A stretch of 41,507 nucleotides of DNA from the IMG/VR virus record IMGVR_UViG_3300017649_000007, positions 1 through 41,507 of that record; one strand, 5' to 3'. This document shows positions 19,290 to 30,000 of this stretch, piece after piece (the stretch's first letter is position 1; every line of letters begins with the position of its first letter). The translations under genes and the position numbers were made by a program. Source of the DNA: a virus. Lineage: Duplodnaviria; Caudoviricetes. The notes under the pieces are model-generated. The model was not told the DNA's origin, searched no databases, and worked only from the letters and a program-made list of their open reading frames with translations.

Positions 19290-21011
19290 ATGCCAAGAGT
19301 GCAGTTCGCCAATCCCGCTGACCTAGAACGACTTCTGAAGTCCGACGCGCGTACAGCGATCTCCGCTGCCGACATGATGGCGGCAGCGGAACTTGCTGCG
19401 CCAACAGACATTCAGGTCACCATCTACGACAAGTTCTACCGGGAGCGCGGCGCGGTCGGTGACTACATCGAGGCGCAGGTCGCGTTCCCCCGTCACCTCG
19501 TGGAAACGGGGCAGCTCACCCTCAAGGGTGAAGATCCGCTTTGTGAGGCCGTTCTGAAGTGCCACGACGAGGTTGTGCCGATCACAGTGGAGATTGGGCA
19601 CCTGCTGTGGTCGGGCCGCGTCAAGGTTGCCAAGGATCGTTTCGGGTTCCCCAATGAGCCTGATGTGGTGGTCTGCGACCTTGAGGGCGACCGTGCTTGG
19701 TTGATGAAAATCCTTGCCTGGCCGAACTTCCTGCTGCCGATTCAGGTCCAGTTCCCGCCGCGCGGTGTGGCTATCGGCAACGCGGTCACAGTGTGCAAGT
19801 GGCTCATCGCAACTCAGGCTTTCCGGTTGCAATCTGGCATCTGGGATCTGGTGAACAACCTTGGCAGCCTGAACCTCGACTGGCGCTCATGGATCGGCAC
19901 CCTGCTCATGCAGGACGTTCTCGGCCCGGACGGCAGGTTCGACCTGTCGGATGTCATGCGGATGCTGCGCACGCCAATCTATGTGCGGCAGAGGCCACTT
20001 GACGCTCTGTTCGATACGTCGCCGCTGATCTCGGTCAACTGGCGCATGGACAAGCTCTACGAGGTCATCGATCAGATCGTCAAAGACAATGGCCTGGTCG
20101 TGGAAGCCAAGTTGTGGCGTCCGGGCGATCCGCAGCCCGACGAGGACATGCTGTTCCCACTCACAGTGCCTACCATTGTGATTGACGTCAAAGACAGACT
20201 TGGTATCGTCGGCCCGACACACACGTTCCTCGACGGCATCCTTCGCGCGGCAATCGATTTGCAAGACAGCATTTTTGGCGAGATCACGAAGCCGTTCCTC
20301 AACCCGAACGGCGAGCCCGCGCCGGAAGGCTTCAACATAGCCCCGGTGCTCGGCCTGCACTGGATCGAGCCGTGGGCTCTGTTCAACTGTGATCACCCCG
20401 AATCCGCTTGCTGGGGCGAGATTTCGCATCACCACCCCCTAGCATGGCGAACGGTTGTGGGCGGAAAGAGCCCCAAGTGGATGAACGACTTGATGAATGC
20501 TCTTTGGTCGTGGCTGCTGGACAGTCTCATGATCATTGTCGGCTTCACTGGTCTACCAAGCACTTTGCTCGACGGGTTGTTCAACGACGTGCTGCTGGCA
20601 TTCCAGTTGGCAGACAACATGACCCGAAGAATCAAGGCGGGACCATACGCCTACCCGGAATGGTTCGCGCCTACTCAGCATGCTCCGTACAACATCGATG
20701 CGGTCTTCGCCCTGAAGCGCGAGCAATGGAACACTCGCGGATACGTAAGCGCCATAGTGCATTTCGACAATGGTTACCCGTACGAATTAGGGCGCGATCT
20801 GTTCCCAGGTTCGCTTGCGTCAGTGATCAAGCGCGGCAAGGTCTACACCGACTTTGTCGAGAACATCGTCGTCACCGACAACCGAGAGACGTTGTTGGTG
20901 CAGTGTCAGATTGGTGACGGCAAGGCCGAAGAGCCTGCTGAGGTCAAGACATACCGGAACTTCGTGAAGTTCCAAGAGGCTTTGAACGCGCTCATGTTGA
21001 GCAATACGTAA
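19290..21011 (+). CDS. Minor tail protein (baseplate hub-like)
   Basis: Second gene after the tape measure; LWSGRV, LWRPGDPQP and GGKSPKW motifs of mycobacteriophage minor tails. Confidence 0.8.
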   Translation: MPRVQFANPADLERLLKSDARTAISAADMMAAAELAAPTDIQVTIYDKFYRERGAVGDYIEAQVAFPRHLVETGQLTLKGEDPLCEAVLKCHDEVVPITVEIGHLLWSGRVKVAKDRFGFPNEPDVVVCDLEGDRAWLMKILAWPNFLLPIQVQFPPRGVAIGNAVTVCKWLIATQAFRLQSGIWDLVNNLGSLNLDWRSWIGTLLMQDVLGPDGRFDLSDVMRMLRTPIYVRQRPLDALFDTSPLISVNWRMDKLYEVIDQIVKDNGLVVEAKLWRPGDPQPDEDMLFPLTVPTIVIDVKDRLGIVGPTHTFLDGILRAAIDLQDSIFGEITKPFLNPNGEPAPEGFNIAPVLGLHWIEPWALFNCDHPESACWGEISHHHPLAWRTVVGGKSPKWMNDLMNALWSWLLDSLMIIVGFTGLPSTLLDGLFNDVLLAFQLADNMTRRIKAGPYAYPEWFAPTQHAPYNIDAVFALKREQWNTRGYVSAIVHFDNGYPYELGRDLFPGSLASVIKRGKVYTDFVENIVVTDNRETLLVQCQIGDGKAEEPAEVKTYRNFVKFQEALNALMLSNT

Positions 21012-21023
21012 GGGAGTTTCACT

Positions 21024-21899
21024 GTGGGCGTTTCGATTAACGGTGACAACATCACGATCACCAATGCGACCATCGACATCATCAACGGCAACAACCCGGA
21101 GTCTGGTGTCGTCTACATCGTGATCACCCCGGAGGGCGGCGTCGGTGTACTTCCGTTCATGGCTCAGGGAGATCCAGGCCAGCCAACGCTTTTTCCGGTG
21201 ATCGAGCTTGAGCAGGTGCCGCATGGCGATCCACTGCCGACACCCAACCCGGAGAAGACACTGCTTGACCCCGGTGGCCCTGGTCAGCCCGCCAAGTATG
21301 CGCTGAAGTTCTACCTGAACGCTGGCGCAGACGGCCAGCCAGGGGTCTTCAACATCAGTGGCGCGGCTGATCTTTCGGCCACGCCGGGTGCGGGGCACGA
21401 CAAGTTCGTGCTCGAATATCGGCACTCGGATGGCAAGTGGGTGCCGTCCGCGCAGCGGATCTCGACCTACTACGCATCCGGCACTATCAACGCGACGGCG
21501 TACGGGAACACCAATCCCCGTCAGCTCAGCTCGATTTCGGTACCGGCCATGCCGTGGAACTGGCGACCCATCGTGTTCGCGGCGACGACGGTGACCGGGA
21601 CGGACGGCGACAGTCCGACGCGAGTGGATCTTATTGCGCGGCTTGGCAATGCCGATTCCGGCGATGTTCTGGGCTACGGTCGCGGCGTGATCGGTGCCAA
21701 CACCATTGGGGTGCAGACGGTTATCATTCCGAACTTCGCCGCCAATCAGGCTGTGCCTGGCTCGTATGGTCGTGTTGCATCAGGCGCGGCAGCGGACATC
21801 TATCTTCGTGCCGAGCAAGTGAATCCGACGACCAGCTCGTGGTCGACGCCCGCGTCCCCTGACACCTCGTTCGGTGTTCTGGTCCTGCCTGTGTCATGA
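21024..21899 (+). CDS. Minor tail protein
   Basis: Synteny; collagen-like GDPG/GADGQPG stretches; PWNWRP motif. Confidence 0.75.
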   Translation: MGVSINGDNITITNATIDIINGNNPESGVVYIVITPEGGVGVLPFMAQGDPGQPTLFPVIELEQVPHGDPLPTPNPEKTLLDPGGPGQPAKYALKFYLNAGADGQPGVFNISGAADLSATPGAGHDKFVLEYRHSDGKWVPSAQRISTYYASGTINATAYGNTNPRQLSSISVPAMPWNWRPIVFAATTVTGTDGDSPTRVDLIARLGNADSGDVLGYGRGVIGANTIGVQTVIIPNFAANQAVPGSYGRVASGAAADIYLRAEQVNPTTSSWSTPASPDTSFGVLVLPVS

Positions 21900-24800
21900 A
21901 TCCGCTCGATTCTGAATCCTGGCCCGCAGACCCGTCGATGCCGTCCTCGGCACCGTACGGGTATGTCACACCGAACCTGCCTGGCCTCCCGCAGGCTCGA
22001 CCGCTCGTCTCGGCGCAAGAGATCGCGGCGCAACGGAAGCGCTTCTATGAGCTGCTGATCCGTGAGCTGGTCCGCGCGCTGACCGGGTTCTTCAACCCGA
22101 ACTCTGGGTCTGCGTTCGATCAGCTTCGCAACTGGGCCTTGACGAACGGCGGGCAGGCTCTTCGGGATGCGTTGACTGGCATAGTCAACTCGACGCCGAC
22201 CGATCTGGACAACTGGCTGTTGAGCTTGGTCACCAGCAACTCGCCGCTCGACGCGGCCAAGCTGATCGGCCAGATTGGGCAACATCTGTTGACCCGCATC
22301 GGGATTGGCGCGCTCGTTCAAGAGCCGACCAACGTCTTCCCTGACGGCTCGTTCCCGCAGGGCTCCATCCCGCCCAACGGGATCTGGACGATTGACACAG
22401 CGGCGTCGCGGACCACCGATGGCACTGGTGCCGCGAAGGTGATCTTCAACGGCACAAGCAAACTGATCGGCACCGGCCAGAACAAGCGCGAGTTCATCGC
22501 GGTCACCGCGAATCAGAAGATCAACGTGAAAACCTATATGCGGCACGAGAACTTCAACGCCGTTGGTTCAGACGTTGTATCCCTCATACTCGTACCTCGG
22601 CACACCGATGGAACTGTCGGTGAGCCAGTGGTTCTCGACACTTACACGCCCTCCACACCGAACGTTGACTGGCCCGGCCATGAGCTAGGCGGTCAGTACA
22701 CGGTGCCGGAGGGCGTTGACGGCGTTCAGGGCCGAATCTCAATCAGCTCTGGCGCTTTGAGTGGCACCGGGTACTTCGATGACTTCACCGGCCAGCTCGT
22801 GTCCCAGATCCAGATGAGCTGGGTGGAAGGTCTCATCGGTGAGATCGATGAGGCACGCGACCGCTGGCAGGCTCTCATCGACACCATCCGCAACACGGTC
22901 GGCCACATCTTCGAGTTCGGCGCGAACCTTGAGCAGCTTGCGGAAGCCCTCACCCAGATCTCGTTCCTGAACATCCTTGGCATTGGTGGCCCCGGAAACA
23001 TCGGTGGCACAGTGCAGGCCATCATCGACGCCGCCGTGGGTGGCGCGGTTGGCCTGTTAGGCAACGGCGCGAGCCTGCCCGATCTGTTCAACATGATCTT
23101 CCAAGTCAGCTCCAATTCCGCTCTGGGAGCTTTCGTTTGGGACCTGTTCAACTTCCGCAACAACGAGCCGGTCGACGGCGGTCTGATGCCCAACGAGATT
23201 GGGAATATCAGTATGCCGCAGATCAACCAACTGTTCCCGGTCACGCAGGACGCCTCGATTGCGGCCACGTTCCGCATGAAGCGATCCTCACCGCTGGGTG
23301 TCGTGTCCTGGCTGGGTTACGGCACAGACGAGATGACGGCGTTCTACGTCAACGTGTGGAAGGACGCGGGCGACCACTGGGAGCTGGTGCATTCGTCGCC
23401 AAACATCCTGGCAGAGATAACACCTGGCATATCTCCGCAGTGGCAGTTCTATTTCCTTGACGACCCGGTTTCGCGCGAGATGGGTGAGGTGTTCGCTCAC
23501 GAATTGGTGCCCGTTGGTGGGACGCACTACGTTCTCGGACATCAGTTGGCCGCAGCGATTCCCAATCACCCGTTCTCGTCAGTCGAGGGGCTTGGGTTCA
23601 AGCGGGACAACACAACTGACCCTGACGACCCGCCGAGCACCGTCTCGAAGTCGAATGTCACGTACTCGTCAGAGATCCCGTATATCACGACGGCGGTCGA
23701 CACCGGCGATCAAGAGATCGACCATGAGCCAGTTGTCTTGTACTTCAACGAGACAACCACCATCCCCAGGCCCCGGTGGGCGCACTATGTCGACGTGATC
23801 CCGGTCGGCGCTGGAGGCGCTGGCTCGCCAAGCATCTTGGGCCTGTTCGGCGAACCGGGTCGGAAGGGTTCGGTCAACCCGACGACATGGATCTACACGA
23901 TTCACTTCGATGACTCGGTCACCACGATCAGCTTCACGCGTGGCAACGGCGGCACTCCGGGGCTGGTGTCTGGCGGCTCTGGTGGCTCAACGACGTTCTC
24001 GATTCCTGGGCACACTCAGACGGCTTCGGGCGGTGCGGGTGGCGATACGCCGCAACTACTTCCGTCGCCCGGTGTCGGTCCCGGCGAGATCCAGTACAAC
24101 ACTAGATCCTTTGTCGCGGGCGGAAACCAAGAGGTGCCTGGCAGTTCCGGCGTTGCGCCCGGTGGCCCCGGCACGGGCGGTAGCCTGCTGCGGCCAGGCG
24201 GCGGGCCTGGCGCGCCGGGCGGCGGTTGGATCGTGTTGAGGCAGCACGCATTGCCTGGCGAGCCCGAGGTGGGCGACCCCGTCGACCCGGCTATGGGTAT
24301 TCAGCACGAGGGCATCGCCAGCCGTCGTGCGACGGGAGACACGACTGTGTTTGAGGACGGCCTACTCGATCCGGCGCTTGCCGAGCAGGTCGAGCAGATT
24401 ATGATCGCTTCGAGGGCGGCAACGGGTGTGCCTGGCATGGTGCTCGTATTGCGCGGTCCAGCTGGGTATTTCGAGAAGGCGATTGGCTTCAGAGCGAAGA
24501 ACAGCTCTGCGCCGATGACGGTTGGCACACACTTCCGTGGCGGCAGCACCACGAAACACTTTGTGGCATGCGCTATTCTGAGGGCATACGATGCGGGTCT
24601 GCTGGACCTCAACGACACCATTGACCAGTACGCCACGTCGACCTACCCGCTCAACGAGATTCCCAACAGCAACAAGGTCACCATCCGCAACCTGATGCAA
24701 ATGCGTTCTGGCCTCTATGATCCGCACAAGGATCTTCTGACCATCATCAGCATTGCCCTCTTCCCGTCGCAGAACTACACGATGAAACAGGCGTTCAACA

Positions 24801-25564
24801 CGATCAAGAGCGGCGCGATACAGGCCGAGCCAGACACAGTGTTCGACTACAACAATGGCAACTACTTCATCCTGGGCATGATCCTGGAGGCCGTCTATCC
24901 GGGCCGCACCTGCCGTCAGATCATCACAGAGGATTTCCTTGTGCCCCTCGGCATGACCGAGTCCGAGTGGCCGACTACGACGGCGCTGCGCGAACCGTAT
25001 GCACGAGGCTACGGCGGTCTGCTCTTCGATGACGTGACGTCCCTCAACCCTGGGTTCCTGGGACCTGCTGGTGCCCTTGCGTTTACGTCGCCAGACCTTC
25101 AGAAGTGGGGTCACGCTGTGATGCACAACGAGGTCGGGCTGGAGCCCGAGACCTGGGAGCTGTGGCACACCGCCATGGTTGAGTACCCGAACGGGGCTAC
25201 CTGGAGCCTCGGCCCGCCGACGTTCCGGTACGGCTTAGGCCAGATCAACGTCGGCTCGTTCTACGGCCACGACGGCTCTCAGCCTGGGTATGGCACGGTC
25301 ATGTGCTACAGCCCCGAATACGGCGCAGTGGCGACAGGGTTCGAGAACACGCAGACGCCCAATCTCGCAGTGCTGACACAGGTTTTCGTCGCGGCGATGA
25401 ACCTGATTTATCCGGGCTCGATGAAGCCGGTCGCCAAAGATATTGAGCCAGAAGGTATTGAGCCACGACGCGCCTTCGGCAAGACCAAGATGTTCGTCTA
25501 CCACGAGCCTGGCGACGAAGACGGCAACACTGGAATTCCGATCAAGATCCCGTTCTATCTGTAA
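21896..25564 (+). CDS. Large minor tail protein with Gly-rich region and C-terminal serine beta-lactamase/D-Ala-D-Ala carboxypeptidase-like domain
   Basis: SxxK (GSTTK), YxN (YNNGNY) and GHDG motifs within ~24380-25410; Gly-rich GAGG segments upstream. Confidence 0.85.
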   Translation: MNPLDSESWPADPSMPSSAPYGYVTPNLPGLPQARPLVSAQEIAAQRKRFYELLIRELVRALTGFFNPNSGSAFDQLRNWALTNGGQALRDALTGIVNSTPTDLDNWLLSLVTSNSPLDAAKLIGQIGQHLLTRIGIGALVQEPTNVFPDGSFPQGSIPPNGIWTIDTAASRTTDGTGAAKVIFNGTSKLIGTGQNKREFIAVTANQKINVKTYMRHENFNAVGSDVVSLILVPRHTDGTVGEPVVLDTYTPSTPNVDWPGHELGGQYTVPEGVDGVQGRISISSGALSGTGYFDDFTGQLVSQIQMSWVEGLIGEIDEARDRWQALIDTIRNTVGHIFEFGANLEQLAEALTQISFLNILGIGGPGNIGGTVQAIIDAAVGGAVGLLGNGASLPDLFNMIFQVSSNSALGAFVWDLFNFRNNEPVDGGLMPNEIGNISMPQINQLFPVTQDASIAATFRMKRSSPLGVVSWLGYGTDEMTAFYVNVWKDAGDHWELVHSSPNILAEITPGISPQWQFYFLDDPVSREMGEVFAHELVPVGGTHYVLGHQLAAAIPNHPFSSVEGLGFKRDNTTDPDDPPSTVSKSNVTYSSEIPYITTAVDTGDQEIDHEPVVLYFNETTTIPRPRWAHYVDVIPVGAGGAGSPSILGLFGEPGRKGSVNPTTWIYTIHFDDSVTTISFTRGNGGTPGLVSGGSGGSTTFSIPGHTQTASGGAGGDTPQLLPSPGVGPGEIQYNTRSFVAGGNQEVPGSSGVAPGGPGTGGSLLRPGGGPGAPGGGWIVLRQHALPGEPEVGDPVDPAMGIQHEGIASRRATGDTTVFEDGLLDPALAEQVEQIMIASRAATGVPGMVLVLRGPAGYFEKAIGFRAKNSSAPMTVGTHFRGGSTTKHFVACAILRAYDAGLLDLNDTIDQYATSTYPLNEIPNSNKVTIRNLMQMRSGLYDPHKDLLTIISIALFPSQNYTMKQAFNTIKSGAIQAEPDTVFDYNNGNYFILGMILEAVYPGRTCRQIITEDFLVPLGMTESEWPTTTALREPYARGYGGLLFDDVTSLNPGFLGPAGALAFTSPDLQKWGHAVMHNEVGLEPETWELWHTAMVEYPNGATWSLGPPTFRYGLGQINVGSFYGHDGSQPGYGTVMCYSPEYGAVATGFENTQTPNLAVLTQVFVAAMNLIYPGSMKPVAKDIEPEGIEPRRAFGKTKMFVYHEPGDEDGNTGIPIKIPFYL

Positions 25565-25575
25565 AGGGACGCAAG

Positions 25576-26394
25576 ATGACTGAGCCTCTACCTATCGACT
25601 TCGAAGACGGCATCGGCATGAAGGCCGACGCTGCGTATCTGAATCTGGTGGGCACCAAAGTGAATGCCTTGGTCGACGCAAGGCCGATAACAGGGACTTA
25701 CGTCGAGCGGCCTGCTGCGGGCGAGACTGGACGTGTCTTCTACGCAACAGATCTCGGCACCGTCTATCTGGACGACGGCGCAGAGTGGGTGCTGGTACTT
25801 GCCACCAGTACCCCGCCCTGGGTGAGACCGCCGACGACTGGCTGGGACACCACCACCATGCATGCTGCAACGGTCGGTGCCGACCGTGACGGGCGGCTTA
25901 TGACCTTGCCAGGCAGCGACACTAGTCCCAACGCGGGCCGTGTGGAGTTCAGAACGCTCTCTCCCGCAATGGAGTATGTGTTCACCGTGTACCTGGAGTT
26001 TGCGTACTACGACCTCGGCGGCAGCCCGTACGGCGGCATGTTTCTGCGCAACAGCACTTCCGGTAACACGATGTTCTTCGGGTGGCAGTTCAACACGGGC
26101 GGCGGCTCGCCGCTCTACATCGCCCGTGGCACGCCCACCAACATGGTTTCCGTTGTGGTGCATCAGCAATCACTCATGCGCATGCCCGAGTCGCCGCGCT
26201 GGATGCGGATCGTGGACAACGGAACGCACCGCCAGTATTACGTCTCGTTCAACGGGATCGATTGGGTGTTCTGCTTTTCCGAGACTCGCACGACCCACAT
26301 CACCGCCGATCAAGTCGGCTGGGGCGGTACGAACTCATCGAGCAATAATACGGCGCTGCTGCGACTGCGCCACTTCAACGTCGAGGCACTGTAG
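25576..26394 (+). CDS. Minor tail/fibre protein with putative lectin-like C-terminal domain
   Basis: RPAAG..GR.FYATD fibre motif; beta-sandwich-like C-terminus (YVSFNGIDW). Confidence 0.65.
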   Translation: MTEPLPIDFEDGIGMKADAAYLNLVGTKVNALVDARPITGTYVERPAAGETGRVFYATDLGTVYLDDGAEWVLVLATSTPPWVRPPTTGWDTTTMHAATVGADRDGRLMTLPGSDTSPNAGRVEFRTLSPAMEYVFTVYLEFAYYDLGGSPYGGMFLRNSTSGNTMFFGWQFNTGGGSPLYIARGTPTNMVSVVVHQQSLMRMPESPRWMRIVDNGTHRQYYVSFNGIDWVFCFSETRTTHITADQVGWGGTNSSSNNTALLRLRHFNVEAL

Positions 26395-26403
26395 GAGCAT
26401 ACG

Positions 26404-26811
26404 ATGAGCGATCTGTATGATGCTGGCGTAGAAGCGTTTTTGAGCGGCAACCTCAGCTGGACCACCGATGAGATCCGCGCCCTGCTGATCGATGTCGCTG
26501 ACTACACGGTCGATCTGAACGGTGACCGGGTTCTCGATGACATCCCAGCGGGTGCCATTGTGGCAGTGAGCGATCCGCTGACCGGCAAGTCGGCCACTGA
26601 TGGCGCGGCGGATTGCGCCGACTATAAGTTTGAAGAGGTGTCAGGCGACCCGTGTGAGGCCGTCGTCTACTACCACCACACGGGCAATGCTGAAACGTCG
26701 ACTCTCATTGCCTACTTCGATGATTCGTTCGGGCTGCCAGTTACCCCCAACGGCGGCGACATCAACGTGAAGATCGACCACAACGGCCCGAACAAGCTCT
26801 TCCACCTCTGA
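26404..26811 (+). CDS. Small tail-fibre-associated protein (probable paralog of 30234..30677)
   Basis: AGGAG RBS; FLSGNLSWTTDEIRALL and VTPNGGDI motifs. Confidence 0.7.
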   Translation: MSDLYDAGVEAFLSGNLSWTTDEIRALLIDVADYTVDLNGDRVLDDIPAGAIVAVSDPLTGKSATDGAADCADYKFEEVSGDPCEAVVYYHHTGNAETSTLIAYFDDSFGLPVTPNGGDINVKIDHNGPNKLFHL

Positions 26812-26826
26812 CGAAAGCACAGTCAA

Positions 26827-27033
26827 ATGGCTCTCACCGCAGATCAATTCGACATCAACGCTCGCATAGTTGAGGGCGCGGCGGCGGCTGTTCGTGCCCG
26901 AGCCACCGAGCACAAGCCGTTCGGTCAAACGTCACCGGAAAACCACCCGTACACCTACTACTGGGTGCTGGGCTACAACAAGGCGGTTGACACGATGGTT
27001 GGCGACCCCGGCGATGATGGCGGCGAAGCGTGA
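26827..27033 (+). CDS. Small hypothetical protein
   Basis: Fills the gap; GTGA coupling with the next gene. Confidence 0.6.
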   Translation: MALTADQFDINARIVEGAAAAVRARATEHKPFGQTSPENHPYTYYWVLGYNKAVDTMVGDPGDDGGEA

Positions 27034-30000
27034 GCTGGTGGGTCGAGCAGGGTCTAGACCCTGCCGGTGTTGTACTGGAACTCATTCCCGGCCAAGGTGA
27101 TTTCACTATTACGGGGAATGTTCACCTTCAAGCGCCAGGTGTCCAGCTTGAGCTAACGCCTGGCCGTGCGGGGCTGACTCAGACGGTCAGCCCCGCTGGC
27201 GTCGTGCTTGAGTTGTCCCCCGGCACAGCGGAAGTCGAAGTGACATCGTTCGTCGCTATCGAAGCTGCGGGTGTCGATCTGGAGCTGACACCCGGCACTG
27301 CGGATGTCGAACTCACCCAGAACGTTTACCTCGACGCACCTGCTGCCGAGCTGGAGCTGACAGCCGGTCGCGGACATCTTGAACTCGCGGTACAGGCTGC
27401 CGAAGCCGCGCTCGAATTGATCTGTGGCACAGCTGAGGTCGAGGTTGTCAACGTTGCACCGCCAGAGATTCTGTATATAAGCCGTCGAGGCACCAGCTAC
27501 GGCAACACAACCGGCAACGCGATCAACGCCAGCCCCGATCTGCCCGACGACATCCAAGCCGGGGACCGTGTCATCGCATTCATTCACAGCACCAATCTGT
27601 TTGGCACCAACATGCCCCCGTCAGGCTGGTCCCAGCTGGACGAGCTGGAGGATGTTGCGGGCCAGTCAGGTTACCGGATGTCGGTGGCCTATCGGGACTA
27701 CGACGGGGTTTGGACGAAGCCGACATGGGTCATTGCTGCGGGCGGGTCCGACAACTCTGCGGTGATCTATCAGGTTGTGTTGCGCCGCAAAGAGGGTGAA
27801 GCCGCCGACTGGGCCAAGCCGACATACACCAGCATGGGCCTTGACAACTCGCTTAACACCTCGTTCAACGTATCGTCGCCAGAGCCGTTCACCACCCATC
27901 AGAACGGGCGCATCCTTGTCGCCAGCCAGTGTGAAGATCCCGGCCTCAACATCACGGGTGCCACAAAGGGCGGCGTGGATCTTGAGCTGGTCGCCACCGG
28001 GCAGACGGGCACCACAACGGGTACCGACATCGGCGCGGCCATGTCGACCTTCAAGGACCCCAACCCTGGTACGGGAACGATGGCCGTCACTGGCACCCAC
28101 ACACTCAGCCACCGTGGCGCGGCAATGTTCTTCGAGCAGAAGGCGCTTCGCCACGTCGAGCAGTACGTCGAGTACATCGACGGTGCCACGGCCAACAGCA
28201 CCAGCGTTACGATCCCGTCGCACGAAGAGGGAGACCTGTTGGTGCTCTTCGTGTACCGCTCCAACACGACGGCAGCCACCAAGCCGACAGCGGGTGGAAC
28301 GGTACCTGACTGGCAGGTGGCCGATACGAGCAGCGGGTCTAGCGCGTCACTGATCGTGGCGTATGCGTTTGCTGAAAGCTCAAGTACCACAACGGGCACC
28401 TGGACCAACGCGACGACGATGGCGGTGTGCGTTCTGCGTGGTGCGGACGCCGAGAATCCGATTGGCAGCCTTTCTACGTTCGGCGAAAACCAAGGCATAC
28501 GAACACGATTGCCAGGCATCACCGTAGAGGACGACACGGGCAGGTCGATGATCATTAACTTCACCTGCCGAACCAACTCGTCCACGGAAGTTGTTGGCGC
28601 AGCGCCGCAAGAGTGGGTGACCCAAGAGTCTGGGTCGCGGTGCTTTGTGCTCACAAAGAGGAACACGCTGGAGTGTCCGCAGACCTACGTCAACTTCGGC
28701 GCGACCGGCTCGTTTGCCAACAACAACTACCGCACAGTGACTTTGGAACTGAAGGGCGTACCGGCTGGCCCGCCACGGATCAACCTCGACGCTCAGCCTT
28801 GCCATATCACGCTGGAGCCTGGCACGGCAGAGGTGTTCGTTACCGACCACAAGATGCTCGCACCTGTCGGTGCCTCACTGGAACTGGTGCCTGGCCTGGC
28901 TGCGGTCAGCATCGAGCAGCCGGGCGCAACGTACATCGATGCACCTGGTGCGTCCATCGAATTGACTCCCGGCACAGCGGAAGTGGACATCCTCTCGCCC
29001 AACGTTGTGCTCGTCGGCACCAACGAGGCGACCGGCAACAGCATCACGATCCCCACCCATCAAGCAGGCGACACTATCGTGATCTTCGCCTTCGAGGATT
29101 TCGGGGCGACGCTGCCCACTATGCCGAGCGCGGGTGGCACTGTGCCACAGTGGAATCCGATCGAAGCGAAGCCAGGCACGTTCTGCGCCATGCATGTTGC
29201 CTGGTGCATTGCGACCGATGGCAGCACCACATCAGGCACCTGGACCAACGCCGACAAGATGCAGGTCGCTGTTCTTCGGAATGCGAACCCGGCCAACCCG
29301 ATTGGTGGACACGACATCGTAGAGGTCAACACAGGTTCGTACATTGACATGCCAAGCATCACACTAGAGGTGGACGACGGATCATCCCAGATCCTCTACG
29401 TGCCAATCCGTGCCGGTGCCTGCACATGGGACACAACGCCCTCCGGCTATACGTTGCATGAGCAGACGACGACCAACCCGGCTGGCGCGATTCTGACGAA
29501 AGACGACACCACCACAGACGGGTCGCTGCGCTGGAACACAAACCTCACATCAGGTTTGGGCCAGGCTATCGGTGCCACCATCGAGGTCAGGAAAGACCCG
29601 ACGCCGGTCAAGCTCATCGACTCGGTCTACGCGGCGTCGACGTCGGCAACGATCCCGGCCCACAAGGCTGGGGACATCATCGTCGTGTGGGCCTATCGAT
29701 CTGGCTCTTCTACGCCGCCGACCAAGCCGTCAGCCAGCGGCACGGTGCCGAACTGGATTGACATCGACTCGGCGGGCGGCGAGTTTCCCGCGTCAAACTC
29801 GTGCCGCACAGCGTATTGCGTGGCAACAACGTCGAACACCACGACGGGCACCTGGACCAACGCAAGTCACCTGATCGTCGCCGTGCTGCGCTGCCAGGGT
29901 GGCGCTGTCATTGGGGGCCACGATGTTTGGTTCGACAACCACGCAACAGAGACGGTCGCACCAGCGGTGTCGATGACCCAAACCGATGGCACGTCGGCTC

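Noticed and set aside
24380-25410. Antibiotic-resistance beta-lactamase
   Set aside because: The domain is fused inside a virion tail protein with no signal peptide, which fits a cell-wall hydrolase better.
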